From positions 51,141-115,140 of the forward strand of contig CALRHR010000001.1 of NCBI GenBank assembly GCA_943359485.1: a stretch of 64,000 bases of DNA, given 5' to 3'. Of the stretch, positions 1-9,377 are shown in pieces; positions within the stretch are counted from its first letter, which is position 1, and each line of letters opens with the position of its first letter. Made by a program: the position numbers and the translations under genes. The notes beneath the pieces were generated by a model. That model did not search any database and was not told the DNA's origin. It saw only the letters and a program-made list of their open reading frames with translations. Source of the stretch: Candidatus Nomurabacteria bacterium (lineage in GTDB: Bacteria; Patescibacteriota; Minisyncoccia; Phycocordibacterales; UBA9973).

Positions 1-1276
1 TATCAATAACAAAAGCACTGTGCACAAAGTCCCCGAGGGGAAATCTTACGGACCAGTAGAAGTGAGTTTGAGGAAAAGTAAACTTTTTGTAAACCTGTCG
101 AGTCAGATAAATGCTTGGTCAAGTCATGGAGATTCAGTAAAAAAAGCACCGACTGGTTTCAAAATTATTGCGACTTCTAAGGGTGGCAAAGTAATCGAAG
201 CGATGGAAAATACCAAAGAAAAACTTTACGCGGTGCAGTTCCATCCGGAAGTCGAGCAGACAGAAGATGAAAATATTATTTTAAATAATTTTGTAAAGAA
301 AATTTGCGCTTGTAAACAAGACTATTTTAAAAAAGATGCAATAAAAACCATTTGTAAAGAGATAGGCGAGAATACAAAAAATATTTTAGGTGATAAAGGC
401 GTAGCCATCATAGGAGTTTCCGGTGGAGTGGATTCTACGACACTTGCGGCGATACTGACGCCAGTACTAGGTAAACAATTGAAGGCATTCTTGGTAGACA
501 CTGGTGGAATGCGGAAGGGTGAAATAGAAAAAGTTAAAAGTATTGCAAAGAAAGCAAAAATAAATCTGGAAGTGATAAGTAAATACAAAAACAAATTTAT
601 CGAAAATGTGGGAAAAAGCATAAATGCGGAAGAAAAAAGAAAAAATTTTCGTGAGGTTTATGGGGAAGTTTTTAAAGAAGTGGCAAAATTTTACGGAGCG
701 ACGCACATGATCCAAGGCACTCTTGCCACTGATTTGATAGAGTCAGGATCTACGGGAAAATCTGCATTGATCAAAACTCATCACAATGTGGATTTGAAAT
801 TGGGACTCAAAGAAATAATGCCGTTCGCTGACTTTTTTAAATTTGAAGTGCGTGATATAGCGCGGTCATTTGGTTTAGGAGAATTAGTTTCAGGGCGTCA
901 GCCATTTCCTGGACCAGGATTGTATTTACGGGTAGTGGGGGTACCGGTAACCACAGAATTACTGGAGATTGTGCGTGAAGCCGATGACGAAGTAAGAAAA
1001 ATTTTAGAAAAACATAATTTATATAATAAAATTTCACAAACGATAGTAGCTCTTCTCGGCACGAAGACTGTTGGTGTTAAAGGCGACGGGCGAGTTTACG
1101 GATATTCTTTGGTGGTTCGCACAGTAGAGACGGCAGATTTTATGACAGTTAAAGGTTTTTATTTGCCACCTATTGTCTGCGAGGAAATCACCAATACTTT
1201 AGTCAAACATCCAAAAATTGTCCGTGTTCTTTACGACTGGACGACCAAACCCCCAGCCACGACAGAATTTGAATAA
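1..1276 (+). CDS. guaA: GMP synthase (glutamine-hydrolysing), 5' end truncated by window edge
   Basis: The frame is open back to position 1. It contains the GATase His motif QFHPEV, the ATP-pyrophosphatase P-loop GVSGGVDSTT, and a conserved guaA C-terminal dimerisation domain. Confidence 0.9.
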   Translation, partial: INNKSTVHKVPEGKSYGPVEVSLRKSKLFVNLSSQINAWSSHGDSVKKAPTGFKIIATSKGGKVIEAMENTKEKLYAVQFHPEVEQTEDENIILNNFVKKICACKQDYFKKDAIKTICKEIGENTKNILGDKGVAIIGVSGGVDSTTLAAILTPVLGKQLKAFLVDTGGMRKGEIEKVKSIAKKAKINLEVISKYKNKFIENVGKSINAEEKRKNFREVYGEVFKEVAKFYGATHMIQGTLATDLIESGSTGKSALIKTHHNVDLKLGLKEIMPFADFFKFEVRDIARSFGLGELVSGRQPFPGPGLYLRVVGVPVTTELLEIVREADDEVRKILEKHNLYNKISQTIVALLGTKTVGVKGDGRVYGYSLVVRTVETADFMTVKGFYLPPIVCEEITNTLVKHPKIVRVLYDWTTKPPATTEFE

Positions 1277-1322
1277 GGTGGTATAATACATTTATGATTA
1301 AGAATATTATTTTATAAATTTT

Positions 1323-2018
1323 ATGGAGAAAAAATCTTTTCAAGAAAATCCTGACAATCACTTTGACACTGAAATGCGTTTGAGGGCATTAGAGGGTGCT
1401 GAAGCAAGCCATAGTGCAAAAATGGCTGATGAAGACCGTTTGGGCGTACCAAGCTACGATGAAAGTATGGTTTCAGATTGGATTAGAAACAGGATAGATA
1501 TACCAAAGGATATGATAGGGGGGAAAGGTGTATTTAAAGTTGAAACAAGTGCACAACCAGAAGGGGATTATGAAAGAGATTTAAAAATACTTCAAGCTCT
1601 TACAAAAGATCAGCTAGACAAACTTTTAGCCACAGTAGAAAATGAAAGCAAGAAAGACAAAGGGCTTTTTTCTAAAGGCGATTTACTAAATGGATATGCA
1701 ATTGATCCTGAAACCTTACAATCTTTACAAACTAGGGACCACCATGGGACGGCGAAAGATCTTGCGCTAAGCATATTGTATAGTATGGATGATGAAAAAA
1801 TTACTGAAAATACAGAAAATTATTTAATGAGAAGAATCATAGCGGGCATGGTTTTTTTTAAGGTGCCTGGTTTTAGAACTCCCATAATAAAATTTAACCC
1901 ATTCGTTTCAGTAAAAACAAACGATAAAGTACCTGAAGACAATGTTAAAAAAATTTCAAACCACCTAAAGCGAGAAAGAAAATTATTGCCCATTACTTCA
2001 GATTTTCAAGTACTTTAG
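1323..2018 (+). CDS. hypothetical protein
   Basis: 231 aa ORF with no recognisable motif. Confidence 0.5.
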   Translation: MEKKSFQENPDNHFDTEMRLRALEGAEASHSAKMADEDRLGVPSYDESMVSDWIRNRIDIPKDMIGGKGVFKVETSAQPEGDYERDLKILQALTKDQLDKLLATVENESKKDKGLFSKGDLLNGYAIDPETLQSLQTRDHHGTAKDLALSILYSMDDEKITENTENYLMRRIIAGMVFFKVPGFRTPIIKFNPFVSVKTNDKVPEDNVKKISNHLKRERKLLPITSDFQVL

Positions 2019-2034
2019 GATGTTTTTCTTCCTA

Positions 2035-2062
2035 TCTCTAATTCGCGCGAATAGACGAATAG
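2035..2062. promoter_or_regulatory. palindromic element TCTCTAATTCGCGCGAATAGACGAATAG upstream of ArsR-like gene
   Basis: Near-perfect palindrome CTAATTCGCGCGAATAG. A second copy lies at 2367-2400, directly after the same gene. Confidence 0.5.
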
Positions 2063-2105
2063 ATATAGTGTGTTATGTTATATAAAGTTTTGGTATAATA
2101 AAAGA

Positions 2106-2372
2106 ATGAACGAGAAGGAACTCGAAAAAGTTTTAAAAGCGCTTGCTAATAAGCGCCGGGTTGCGATTTTAAAATTTCTCAAGCATACCAAGCAGGCATC
2201 GGTGGGGGAAATCGCAGACGCTATAAAATTGTCTTTCAAAGCAACATCAAAACATCTAATGATTCTTTCAAATACAGATATAGTTGAAAAAGAGCAGAGT
2301 AGTCTCACGATGCTTTATTTTGTACCCAAGACCAATCATCCAATAGTTTCTAAATTATTATCCATTATCTAA
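2106..2372 (+). CDS. ArsR/SmtB-family winged-helix transcriptional regulator
   Basis: The HTH core RRVAILKFL...ASVGEIADAIKLSFKATSKHLMIL is typical of ArsR. The likely start is the internal ATG at 2106 rather than the ORF-track start at 2070. Confidence 0.7.
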   Translation: MNEKELEKVLKALANKRRVAILKFLKHTKQASVGEIADAIKLSFKATSKHLMILSNTDIVEKEQSSLTMLYFVPKTNHPIVSKLLSII

Positions 2373-2400
2373 TCTCTAATTCGCACGAATAGGCGAATAG
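2367..2400. promoter_or_regulatory. second copy of the ArsR-flanking palindrome (TCTCTAATTCGCACGAATAGGCGAATAG)
   Basis: Near-identical to the element at 2035-2062. Confidence 0.5.
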
Positions 2401-2407
2401 TTTAAAT

Positions 2408-3049
2408 ATGCAGGATTTTACTAAAAAAGAAAAAGCTTTATTAAAGAAATTGGATACTCCAGCGAAGGTGCAGGATTTTTTAAATGGAATTCCTTTTAAT
2501 TTTGAAAAAAGGGGAGAGACATTAAAATCCCCATTAATGGTTTTACGAACAAAAAGCGCGCATTGTTTCGAGGGGGCGCTTTTGGGCGCATATATTTTAT
2601 CTCTTCATGGTTTCACTCCATATGTTTTGCATTTAAAAAGTATCAAAGATGACTACGATCATATCATAACGCCATTTAAGATTGAGGGATTGTGGGGCGC
2701 GCTTTCTAAAACCAATCATGCGGTCTTGCGTTATCGCGAGCCAATCTATAAAAATATTCGTGAGCTCGCGATCTCGTATTTTCATGAATATTTTTTAAAT
2801 GATGGAAAGAAAACTTTGAGACAGTACTCCCAACCTTTAAATTTAAATACTTTAAATAAACCCACCCGACCGAACGGTCGTCCGGGCGGGAATTGGGTAA
2901 CTAGTGAAAAAGATTTGTGGTATATAGATAAAAAATTAGATAAAATAAAACACTATGACATCATACCTAAAGCGCACATAAAAAATCTGCGCAAAGCAGA
3001 CAAAATTGAAATCAAGGCAGGGAAGGTGGTAGAATACAAGAAGCCATAA
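2408..3049 (+). CDS. hypothetical protein, possibly a transglutaminase/papain-like Cys-His fold
   Basis: SAHCFEGALLGAYIL resembles the transglutaminase-core Cys motif, and a downstream DYDHII provides a candidate His. The match is weak. Confidence 0.3.
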   Translation: MQDFTKKEKALLKKLDTPAKVQDFLNGIPFNFEKRGETLKSPLMVLRTKSAHCFEGALLGAYILSLHGFTPYVLHLKSIKDDYDHIITPFKIEGLWGALSKTNHAVLRYREPIYKNIRELAISYFHEYFLNDGKKTLRQYSQPLNLNTLNKPTRPNGRPGGNWVTSEKDLWYIDKKLDKIKHYDIIPKAHIKNLRKADKIEIKAGKVVEYKKP

Positions 3050-3081
3050 ATTCTTGAGGGCTACAAAAATGAGATGTAATC

Positions 3082-3113
3082 CTTACTTCACTAACGGCCG
3101 TCAGTGTGGTAAG
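3082..3113. promoter_or_regulatory. palindromic box CTTACTTCACTAACGGCCGTCAGTGTGGTAAG upstream of PaaX-like gene
   Basis: It has a CGGCCG-centred inverted repeat nested inside a CTTAC...GTAAG outer repeat. A near-identical copy lies at 3698-3733. Confidence 0.5.
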
Positions 3114-3121
3114 ATAATCAC

Positions 3122-3697
3122 ATGAGGGGACAAATACTTTTAAAGGCTCTGGAAGTGCTCACAGATTGCGCATTGACTCAAGTTGATTTTATTGAGGCAG
3201 TGCTTGCGAGTGGTTACGGGGCGGGTTTAGGGAAACTTGATTATGAATTTAGAAAAAGGCGAAGTGTAAGAGAGCGGGCAAATCTCAGAGAAGAGTATAA
3301 AACAGAACGCCGAAGGAGATTACAAAATTTTTTATACCAGATGAAACATGACGGATTGCTGGATGCTACTAAAGATAATAAATTGACCGTTTCTATAAAA
3401 GGAAAACAAAAAATAAAGGAACTAAAAAATAAATTACCTGGGCGTTACTACCTTAAAACAAAGACAACACAGATCACCATCATTAGTTTTGATATACCAG
3501 AGAAATTAAGGAGAAAGCGAAACTGGTTACGGGAAGTGATTAGGAATCTTGGGTTTAAAATGATACATCAGAGTGTTTGGATGGGGAAAAACAAAATCCC
3601 TGCAGAATTCATAGAGGATCTTGAGAACTTAAGAATTTTGGAATATGTTGAGATTCTGGAAGCTACTAAGAGCGGAAGTTTGAAGAAATTGGTATAA
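3122..3697 (+). CDS. short PaaX-family-like regulator (winged helix plus PaaX/Cas2-like middle domain)
   Basis: ITIISFDIPEKLRRKRNWLREVIRNLGFKMIHQSVW matches the PaaX WDGKW...L.QGFG block and the Cas2-like beta-alpha-beta pattern. It is a paralog of the 32676-33221 gene. Confidence 0.5.
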   Translation: MRGQILLKALEVLTDCALTQVDFIEAVLASGYGAGLGKLDYEFRKRRSVRERANLREEYKTERRRRLQNFLYQMKHDGLLDATKDNKLTVSIKGKQKIKELKNKLPGRYYLKTKTTQITIISFDIPEKLRRKRNWLREVIRNLGFKMIHQSVWMGKNKIPAEFIEDLENLRILEYVEILEATKSGSLKKLV

Positions 3698-3733
3698 TCT
3701 TACTCTACTAACGGCCGTCAGTTGGGTAAGATT
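3698..3733. promoter_or_regulatory. downstream copy of PaaX-like flanking palindrome (ATCTTACTCTACTAACGGCCGTCAGTTGGGTAAGAT)
   Basis: Matches the 3082-3113 element. Confidence 0.5.
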
Positions 3734-3966
3734 TGGATAATTGCTAGATTGCTAGATTGCTAGGAGTCTTCTTTTCTTCTTTTTCATGGCAGTATTCTTT
3801 TTGGGTTTTCTGTATTGTTCGTTTTTTTTATTTTCAGTATTTTTAATTATTACGACATTTAAAATGCATCAATATTAGACGATACAGGATGGGGCGGCGA
3901 GAATTGGGGAGATGGTTAATTTTCACAAAAATCTTGCTCTTCTCGGAGCCTTGCTGATGCTTTTGT

Positions 3967-4413
3967 CTATTCCTTTGCCTTGGGTGGTCTCTCTAGCTCT
4001 GCAATAGCTTGATCTAAAAAATCATTTGCTTTTTTTATCTCTTCTGCCGTAATTCTATTTTCCCCTGTCTTTCTATCTTCTCCTGTACGTAATCCTTCTT
4101 CAAATACTTTAAAATTTTCAAAATCAACTAGCAAACTTGCACTTAAATCTATCCTTGATTCTATCGCATGTAAAAAATATCTAACTATCTTCAGAAAAAA
4201 ACTTTTTCTGCATTTATATATAGCAAATTCTGGATTTGTTTTTGGAGTTAATAAGTATTCTGGTATTTCATCAATAAAATCATTACGAAAAATACGAAAT
4301 ATTTCTAAATATCGTTCTTTTGGACTTTCTATATTTTTTGTAGCAAGAAATTTTTGATTTAGCGCTCGTGTTTTAGACGTACCCTCATATGCAGTTGTTT
4401 GTCGAGCTTCCAT
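3967..4413 (-). CDS. hypothetical protein
   Basis: 148 aa ORF lying downstream of nrdB on the same strand. Confidence 0.45.
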   Translation of the reverse strand: MEARQTTAYEGTSKTRALNQKFLATKNIESPKERYLEIFRIFRNDFIDEIPEYLLTPKTNPEFAIYKCRKSFFLKIVRYFLHAIESRIDLSASLLVDFENFKVFEEGLRTGEDRKTGENRITAEEIKKANDFLDQAIAELERPPKAKE

Positions 4414-4471
4414 TTTTTTATTTTAATACATCCTTAAATGAATATTTTTATAGGAATTTAATTTACTTCTA

Positions 4472-5491
4472 TTATTTTTCTTCTCTTTTTTCTTCCTTTT
4501 TCTTTTCTTCCTTTTTGTGTCCGTGAGCGTCGACTTCGTAAGAAGTGTTTTGTTGTTCGAAAAAGTTTACCAGTTCAAATACATCGGTCGCTGTAGACAT
4601 CCATTTTGCAGGATTAGTAACACCGAAATGTGGTTCAAGTCCTAGTTCTTCCAGCCGGCGGTCGGCCACATACTGTACATATTGGTTCACATAGTCGGCA
4701 TTGAGTCCTAGAATCCCTTTAGGGAACATATCTTTGTTGTAATTATTTTCAAGACTTACTCCTTCAATAATAATATCTCTTATTTCCTTCGCAAATTCTT
4801 CAGTTAGGAGTTCTGGATTTTCTTCAAGAATTGTATGGATGAGCTGAATGCCAAATTTTAAGTGTAGAGATTCATCACGCAAGACCCAATTAATCATTGA
4901 ACCTAGATTGCGAAGCTGATTTCTCTGGCGGAAAGAAAGAGCTACCATAAAACCAGAATAAAACCAGGTGCCTTCCATTACTATGTTAGTGGCGACTAAG
5001 TTCCGCAAGAAATCTTTTTTGCCTTCAGTGGTTTCAATGTTGAGCGTGTCTTCTGTCATTCGGATAAGATATTTATTTACAAAATTTTCTTTTTTTACGA
5101 TCGAATCAATCTCTAAATGCACACCATAGACTCGGTCGCGGTCAAGCGGGAATGTTTCGAGCACATATTCAAAGGCGACACAGTGGTTCGCTTCTTCAAA
5201 CATTTGCTTGGCAATGTAGAGGTGGCATTCAGGAGATTTTAGATAGGGATAAATTCCAAGTGCCAGCGATCTGTTGACGATAAGTTCTGTAGGATTAAAA
5301 AATGCCATCAAAAATTCTACAGTATGTCTTTCATCCTCAGTCATATTTTTCCAGTCGGACAAATCTTCACCTAGTGGGATTTCGTGCGGGAACCAGCTGT
5401 TTCTAACTGCCTGATTGTAAAGGTCGTAAGCCCATTTATAATTCATGGGGTGTAGATTCATGTCTGTTGGGGATGCTTTTCCTAATATCAT
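4472..5491 (-). CDS. nrdB: ribonucleotide reductase class I beta subunit (R2, ferritin-like)
   Basis: Carries the di-iron ligand motifs (EANHCVAFEY, ESLH). It also has an unusual Lys/Glu-rich C-terminal tail. Confidence 0.85.
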   Translation of the reverse strand: MILGKASPTDMNLHPMNYKWAYDLYNQAVRNSWFPHEIPLGEDLSDWKNMTEDERHTVEFLMAFFNPTELIVNRSLALGIYPYLKSPECHLYIAKQMFEEANHCVAFEYVLETFPLDRDRVYGVHLEIDSIVKKENFVNKYLIRMTEDTLNIETTEGKKDFLRNLVATNIVMEGTWFYSGFMVALSFRQRNQLRNLGSMINWVLRDESLHLKFGIQLIHTILEENPELLTEEFAKEIRDIIIEGVSLENNYNKDMFPKGILGLNADYVNQYVQYVADRRLEELGLEPHFGVTNPAKWMSTATDVFELVNFFEQQNTSYEVDAHGHKKEEKKKEEKREEK

Positions 5492-5582
5492 AAAAATTAG
5501 TTTCTAGTTGCTAGGTTCTAGGTTCTAGCAGTTTATTTATTAATCTTTTCTAGTCCCTAGAAGCTAGTCCCTAACACCTAAC

Positions 5583-8141
5583 TCATTGGCAACTCTCGCA
5601 CAATAACGCATCCTGCGGGTCTTCAGGCAAGTGTATACGCATTGGTTCTGTGTTTTCTTTTTTGATGTTCTCTGATGCTTCAGGGAGAGATGTTGGTGTT
5701 TCTATATTTTCAATTATTGGGGTTGCTTGTATTGTTTTATCGCGTAATACTGAGAAGCCTTTTTTACCCAAAGCAGTCCCTTTGTTGACTGTCGTTGTGG
5801 ATTGCTCGGCGCTGTGGCGTGGTTTCATGTGGAGATAGTAAGTGGTCTTTAGTCCTTTATCCCACGCGCTCGTATAAACATTCATGATTTCATCGATGTC
5901 GCGAATTTCTAGATACATGTTGCGAGAAATTCCCATATCTACCCATTTTTGTGCACGCGCGGCGACTTCAATGTAGGCATAAGGGGAAACAGAAAAAGAA
6001 GTTTTGTAGATTCTTTTAATATGATCTGGAATTTTCTCAATACTCTCGATGTCTCCGTGATTCTCGAGTATTTGTTCGCGTGTATTTTCCCACAAGTTTT
6101 CTTTTTGCAGAGCTTCCATCATATTTGGATTTACCTCAAGATACTTGCCGGAAATTTTATTTCGGGAAAACATCTGGGTGAACCTCGGGTCGATTCCCGG
6201 AGAAGTCCCTGCCACTAGTCCAATGTTGGCATTCGGCGCGATGGCTAGGAGTGTGGCGTTCCGCATACCTCTTTTTACTTTGGCACGCAGAGTATCCCAG
6301 TCTAAAAGCGGAAGCAATTTTGCTGATTCTTTTTTCACAGTTAATTCGCGTTCGCGATCCACTTCGAGTACTGCTAGAGTGTCTATCGGTACTTGTCCTT
6401 TTGACCAGCCCGAACCCTTAAAATTTTTATAACTTCCTCGTTCTTCTGCTAAATTTGCGGATTCATCTATGGACATGTAAGAGATAAATTCAAAAACTTG
6501 GTCCGCAAAATCTGCAGCCCCTGTGTCTTCATAAGAATAGCCAAGTTGTTCGATCGAATCAGCGAAGCCCATTAGTCCCAAGCCGACGGCGCGGTTTTCG
6601 GAATCTGCGCGAATTGCTTCCGGAATTGGAAGTTTATTAATGTCTACTAAGTTATCAAGCTGGCGAGTGGCTAGACGCACGGATTCTTCTAACCGGTGCC
6701 AGTCAATCTGTCCGTTTACAATATGCCGTGGAAGATTTATTGAAATTAAATTACAAACAGCAATGTTGTCTCCATCTGTCGGTAAAGTAACTTCGGTGCA
6801 AAGGTTGGAACAATGAATAGTGCCAGTGTTGTTATTGAGCGCGCGCATATTTATAGTATCTTTCCAAGTAAGCCACGGATGGGAAGTCGTTTCAAGCGAA
6901 ATTAGGATATTCTTGTATTGCTGGCGAGCTGGCATTACACTGAACATCTTCATTTTTCCCTGTTTTGCCAAAGCTACATATTCATTATATCTCTTAGAAA
7001 ATTCTTTACCCACAAGCTCGTTTAAGTCTTTAACTTCATTGGGGTCGAACAGATACCATTCGTCACTGTTTAAAACACGCTTCATAAACTCATCCGAAAT
7101 AAATACTGCAGTGTTGGCAGTACGAGTTCTCCTGTAGTCGTCTCCGTTGTTTTGTTTTAAATCTAAAAAATCTTGAAAATTTAAATGCCAATTTTCCATA
7201 TAAAAACACAACGCGCCCTTTTTTTTGCCACCTCGTTGGACTGCGCGCACAGCGGAATCAATGATGTGCATGAAAGGAACCGGTCCAGAAGAAATGGTAT
7301 TGTTGGATTTTAGAACTGATCCCTCGGCGCGGAGTTTGGTTACCGCAAGTCCGATACCACCGGTCGCTTTAGATAAAAGCAAAACATCTGAAACAGTTTT
7401 TCCGATATGTTCCATGTTGTCGTGAATTTCCATTAGGAAACAATTGGAAAGTTTTGGATTCGGAGTGCCGGCACCGATGTTGGAACTTCCAGCCGAGAGG
7501 TACTCCAGTTTAGACATCTTGTCGTAAAATTTCTTAGCCCACCCTGTAGCGTCTTTTTCATTCAGCGACATTCCCATAGCGACGCGCATCCAGAAATATT
7601 GTGGCGTTTCGAGTGGAGATTGTTTTTCATTCTTCATCAAGTAGCGATTCTGCATTGTGGAGAGTCCAGAATATTTATACAGTTCATCGTTTTCTATTTT
7701 CAAGTGCGAAGCGAGCACTTCTAGATCAAAAATTGTTACCATTCTTTTATCCAAAAGTCCTTTTTCAACTGCATTTAAGATGTAATTTTTAAAATGAGCA
7801 CTGTGAAGTTTGGCAAATTCTTCTTTTGATATGTTTTTTGACTCGTCGTGATCGTAATCCCCAATGACTTTCTTGTAAATGTCCTTCAAAAGTAGGCGAG
7901 TAGCTATTTTGTCGAAATCTCCGCTGTATTGAGTGTTCTGTAGGGCGGCGTTTATGGTCGCCGCGTCCATTTCTTCGGTAGTAATGCCGTCATATAAGGT
8001 GAGTTGTGTTTCTGATGCTATTTGGATAACTTTACTGATTGGGTCACTCAATCCATAACACGTCCTTTCGATTGATTTGTTGATTCGGTCGGCATTGAAG
8101 GGAACTTTTGTGCCGTCTCTTTTAGTAATTGTGAGTGTCAT
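5583..8141 (-). CDS. nrdA: ribonucleotide reductase class I alpha subunit
   Basis: Has an N-terminal ATP-cone, the active-site block NLCTEV and a C-terminal CESCQ tail. Confidence 0.9.
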   Translation of the reverse strand: MTLTITKRDGTKVPFNADRINKSIERTCYGLSDPISKVIQIASETQLTLYDGITTEEMDAATINAALQNTQYSGDFDKIATRLLLKDIYKKVIGDYDHDESKNISKEEFAKLHSAHFKNYILNAVEKGLLDKRMVTIFDLEVLASHLKIENDELYKYSGLSTMQNRYLMKNEKQSPLETPQYFWMRVAMGMSLNEKDATGWAKKFYDKMSKLEYLSAGSSNIGAGTPNPKLSNCFLMEIHDNMEHIGKTVSDVLLLSKATGGIGLAVTKLRAEGSVLKSNNTISSGPVPFMHIIDSAVRAVQRGGKKKGALCFYMENWHLNFQDFLDLKQNNGDDYRRTRTANTAVFISDEFMKRVLNSDEWYLFDPNEVKDLNELVGKEFSKRYNEYVALAKQGKMKMFSVMPARQQYKNILISLETTSHPWLTWKDTINMRALNNNTGTIHCSNLCTEVTLPTDGDNIAVCNLISINLPRHIVNGQIDWHRLEESVRLATRQLDNLVDINKLPIPEAIRADSENRAVGLGLMGFADSIEQLGYSYEDTGAADFADQVFEFISYMSIDESANLAEERGSYKNFKGSGWSKGQVPIDTLAVLEVDRERELTVKKESAKLLPLLDWDTLRAKVKRGMRNATLLAIAPNANIGLVAGTSPGIDPRFTQMFSRNKISGKYLEVNPNMMEALQKENLWENTREQILENHGDIESIEKIPDHIKRIYKTSFSVSPYAYIEVAARAQKWVDMGISRNMYLEIRDIDEIMNVYTSAWDKGLKTTYYLHMKPRHSAEQSTTTVNKGTALGKKGFSVLRDKTIQATPIIENIETPTSLPEASENIKKENTEPMRIHLPEDPQDALLCESCQ

Positions 8142-8273
8142 AGGATAGTATTATAATCTTTCCGCAAGATACAAAGCAAGTTGATATCTTTAAAATTATC
8201 ACAACAAAAAATAATCGTCACCTCGTCAATACGAGGGCTAGAAAATCCTTTAAAATTTTGGTAAAATGACCTT

Positions 8274-8741
8274 ATGTTTAGAAAAAACAAACAAGAGAGG
8301 ATTATGGTCTTTGGAACTTTCGATGGATTACACCCAGGACACCTTAATTTTTTCAAACAAGCGAGAAAATTATCCAAAACTCCCTTTTTGATCGTTTCGG
8401 TGGCGCGTGACCGCAATGTTTTTCGGATAAAAAAACAATTTCCAATTCTTCCCGAGAAGAACAGAGTAATTTTAGTTGAAAAATTAATTAAAAAAAATTT
8501 AGTAAACAAAGTTATACTCTCCGGAATAAAAAACCATATTCCGCATATTATAAAAGAGCGCCCTGATATAATTGCGCTTGGTTATGACCAAAAAGCTTAT
8601 ACTAAAAATCTTCAAAAAGATTTGAAAAATAAAGGCATCTTGATAAAAATAGTTCGTTTGAAGTCCTACAAAGAAAAAATCTACAAAAATAGTTTGCTCC
8701 GACCACTTCGCCCGAAAATAATCACCACCCCCTTCGCCTGA
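8274..8741 (+). CDS. cytidylyltransferase-like nucleotidyltransferase (RibL/FAD-synthase-like HxGH family)
   Basis: FGTFDGLHPGH is the (T/H)xGH nucleotidyltransferase motif. The probable start is the ATG at 8304. Confidence 0.6.
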   Translation: MFRKNKQERIMVFGTFDGLHPGHLNFFKQARKLSKTPFLIVSVARDRNVFRIKKQFPILPEKNRVILVEKLIKKNLVNKVILSGIKNHIPHIIKERPDIIALGYDQKAYTKNLQKDLKNKGILIKIVRLKSYKEKIYKNSLLRPLRPKIITTPFA

Positions 8742-8761
8742 AGCGAAGCGCCCCTCCTTTA

Positions 8762-8790
8762 AAAGGAGGGGAGGGTTACCACCTTGCTTG
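8762..8790 (+). terminator. stem-loop CCCCTCCTTTAAAAGGAGGGG after the nucleotidyltransferase gene
   Basis: Perfect 8-bp GC-rich hairpin. Confidence 0.4.
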
Positions 8791-8843
8791 AGTTTTCCAC
8801 ATTTGTACTTGTGCAGAAGGTTATCTTAAGGTAAACTTCAGGT

Positions 8844-9116
8844 ATGTCTATAAAAACAAACAATATGTCAAGCATTATTGGATTAAAAGATTTGCGTCTC
8901 AACACCGGTAAATATGTTTCTGCTATCGAAAAGGGCAGGTCTTTTACCGTTGTTCGTCGTTCTAGGCCCATATTTAAAATGATGCCAGTGGATGAATGGG
9001 GGGATGAGGGTGTCTGGAAAACCTTAGTAGACTTTAGGGATAAAAATGGTAATGGTATCAACGCAAGGGATTTGCTTAAAATGTTAAACAAAATAGATAA
9101 GAATGAAAAAGCATGA
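8844..9116 (+). CDS. putative type II antitoxin (Phd/YefM-like)
   Basis: 90 aa ORF overlapping the following RelE-like gene by 14 nt. Confidence 0.5.
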   Translation: MSIKTNNMSSIIGLKDLRLNTGKYVSAIEKGRSFTVVRRSRPIFKMMPVDEWGDEGVWKTLVDFRDKNGNGINARDLLKMLNKIDKNEKA

Positions 9117-9336
9117 GAAGTTGCTAAGAAAACTTTCCTCTCAAGATAGAAAGCGTGTCACGCTAGCAGTTGGTTTGATATACGCAAATAATTATCAGAT
9201 GCTTGATGTGAAAAAATTATCTGGTTTTGAAACATATAGAATACGAGTAGGAAAGTTTCGCATTAAATTCATTAAGCATGAAACCTTTAATGAAATAATT
9301 GAAATTGTAAGACGCGACGACAATACTTATTCTTAA
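9103..9336 (+). CDS. RelE/ParE-family toxin
   Basis: The C-terminal block YRIRVGKFRIKFIKHET...IEIVRRDD is a RelE/ParE signature. Confidence 0.65.
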   Translation: MKKHEKLLRKLSSQDRKRVTLAVGLIYANNYQMLDVKKLSGFETYRIRVGKFRIKFIKHETFNEIIEIVRRDDNTYS

Positions 9337-9377
9337 ATTTCTACCATCTCAAGCATATGCGTGGGATAGTAGAAAAG

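Noticed and set aside
2070-2105. Upstream in-frame Met at 2070 as the ArsR start
   Set aside because: It would place the palindromic operator inside the coding region. The internal ATG at 2106 gives a typical ~89-aa ArsR.
5650-7792. Antisense ORFs inside nrdA, and similar antisense ORFs inside guaA, thrS, smc, ppsA, secA, gyrA and infB
   Set aside because: They are fully overlapped on the opposite strand by long, well-conserved genes and have low-complexity translations.
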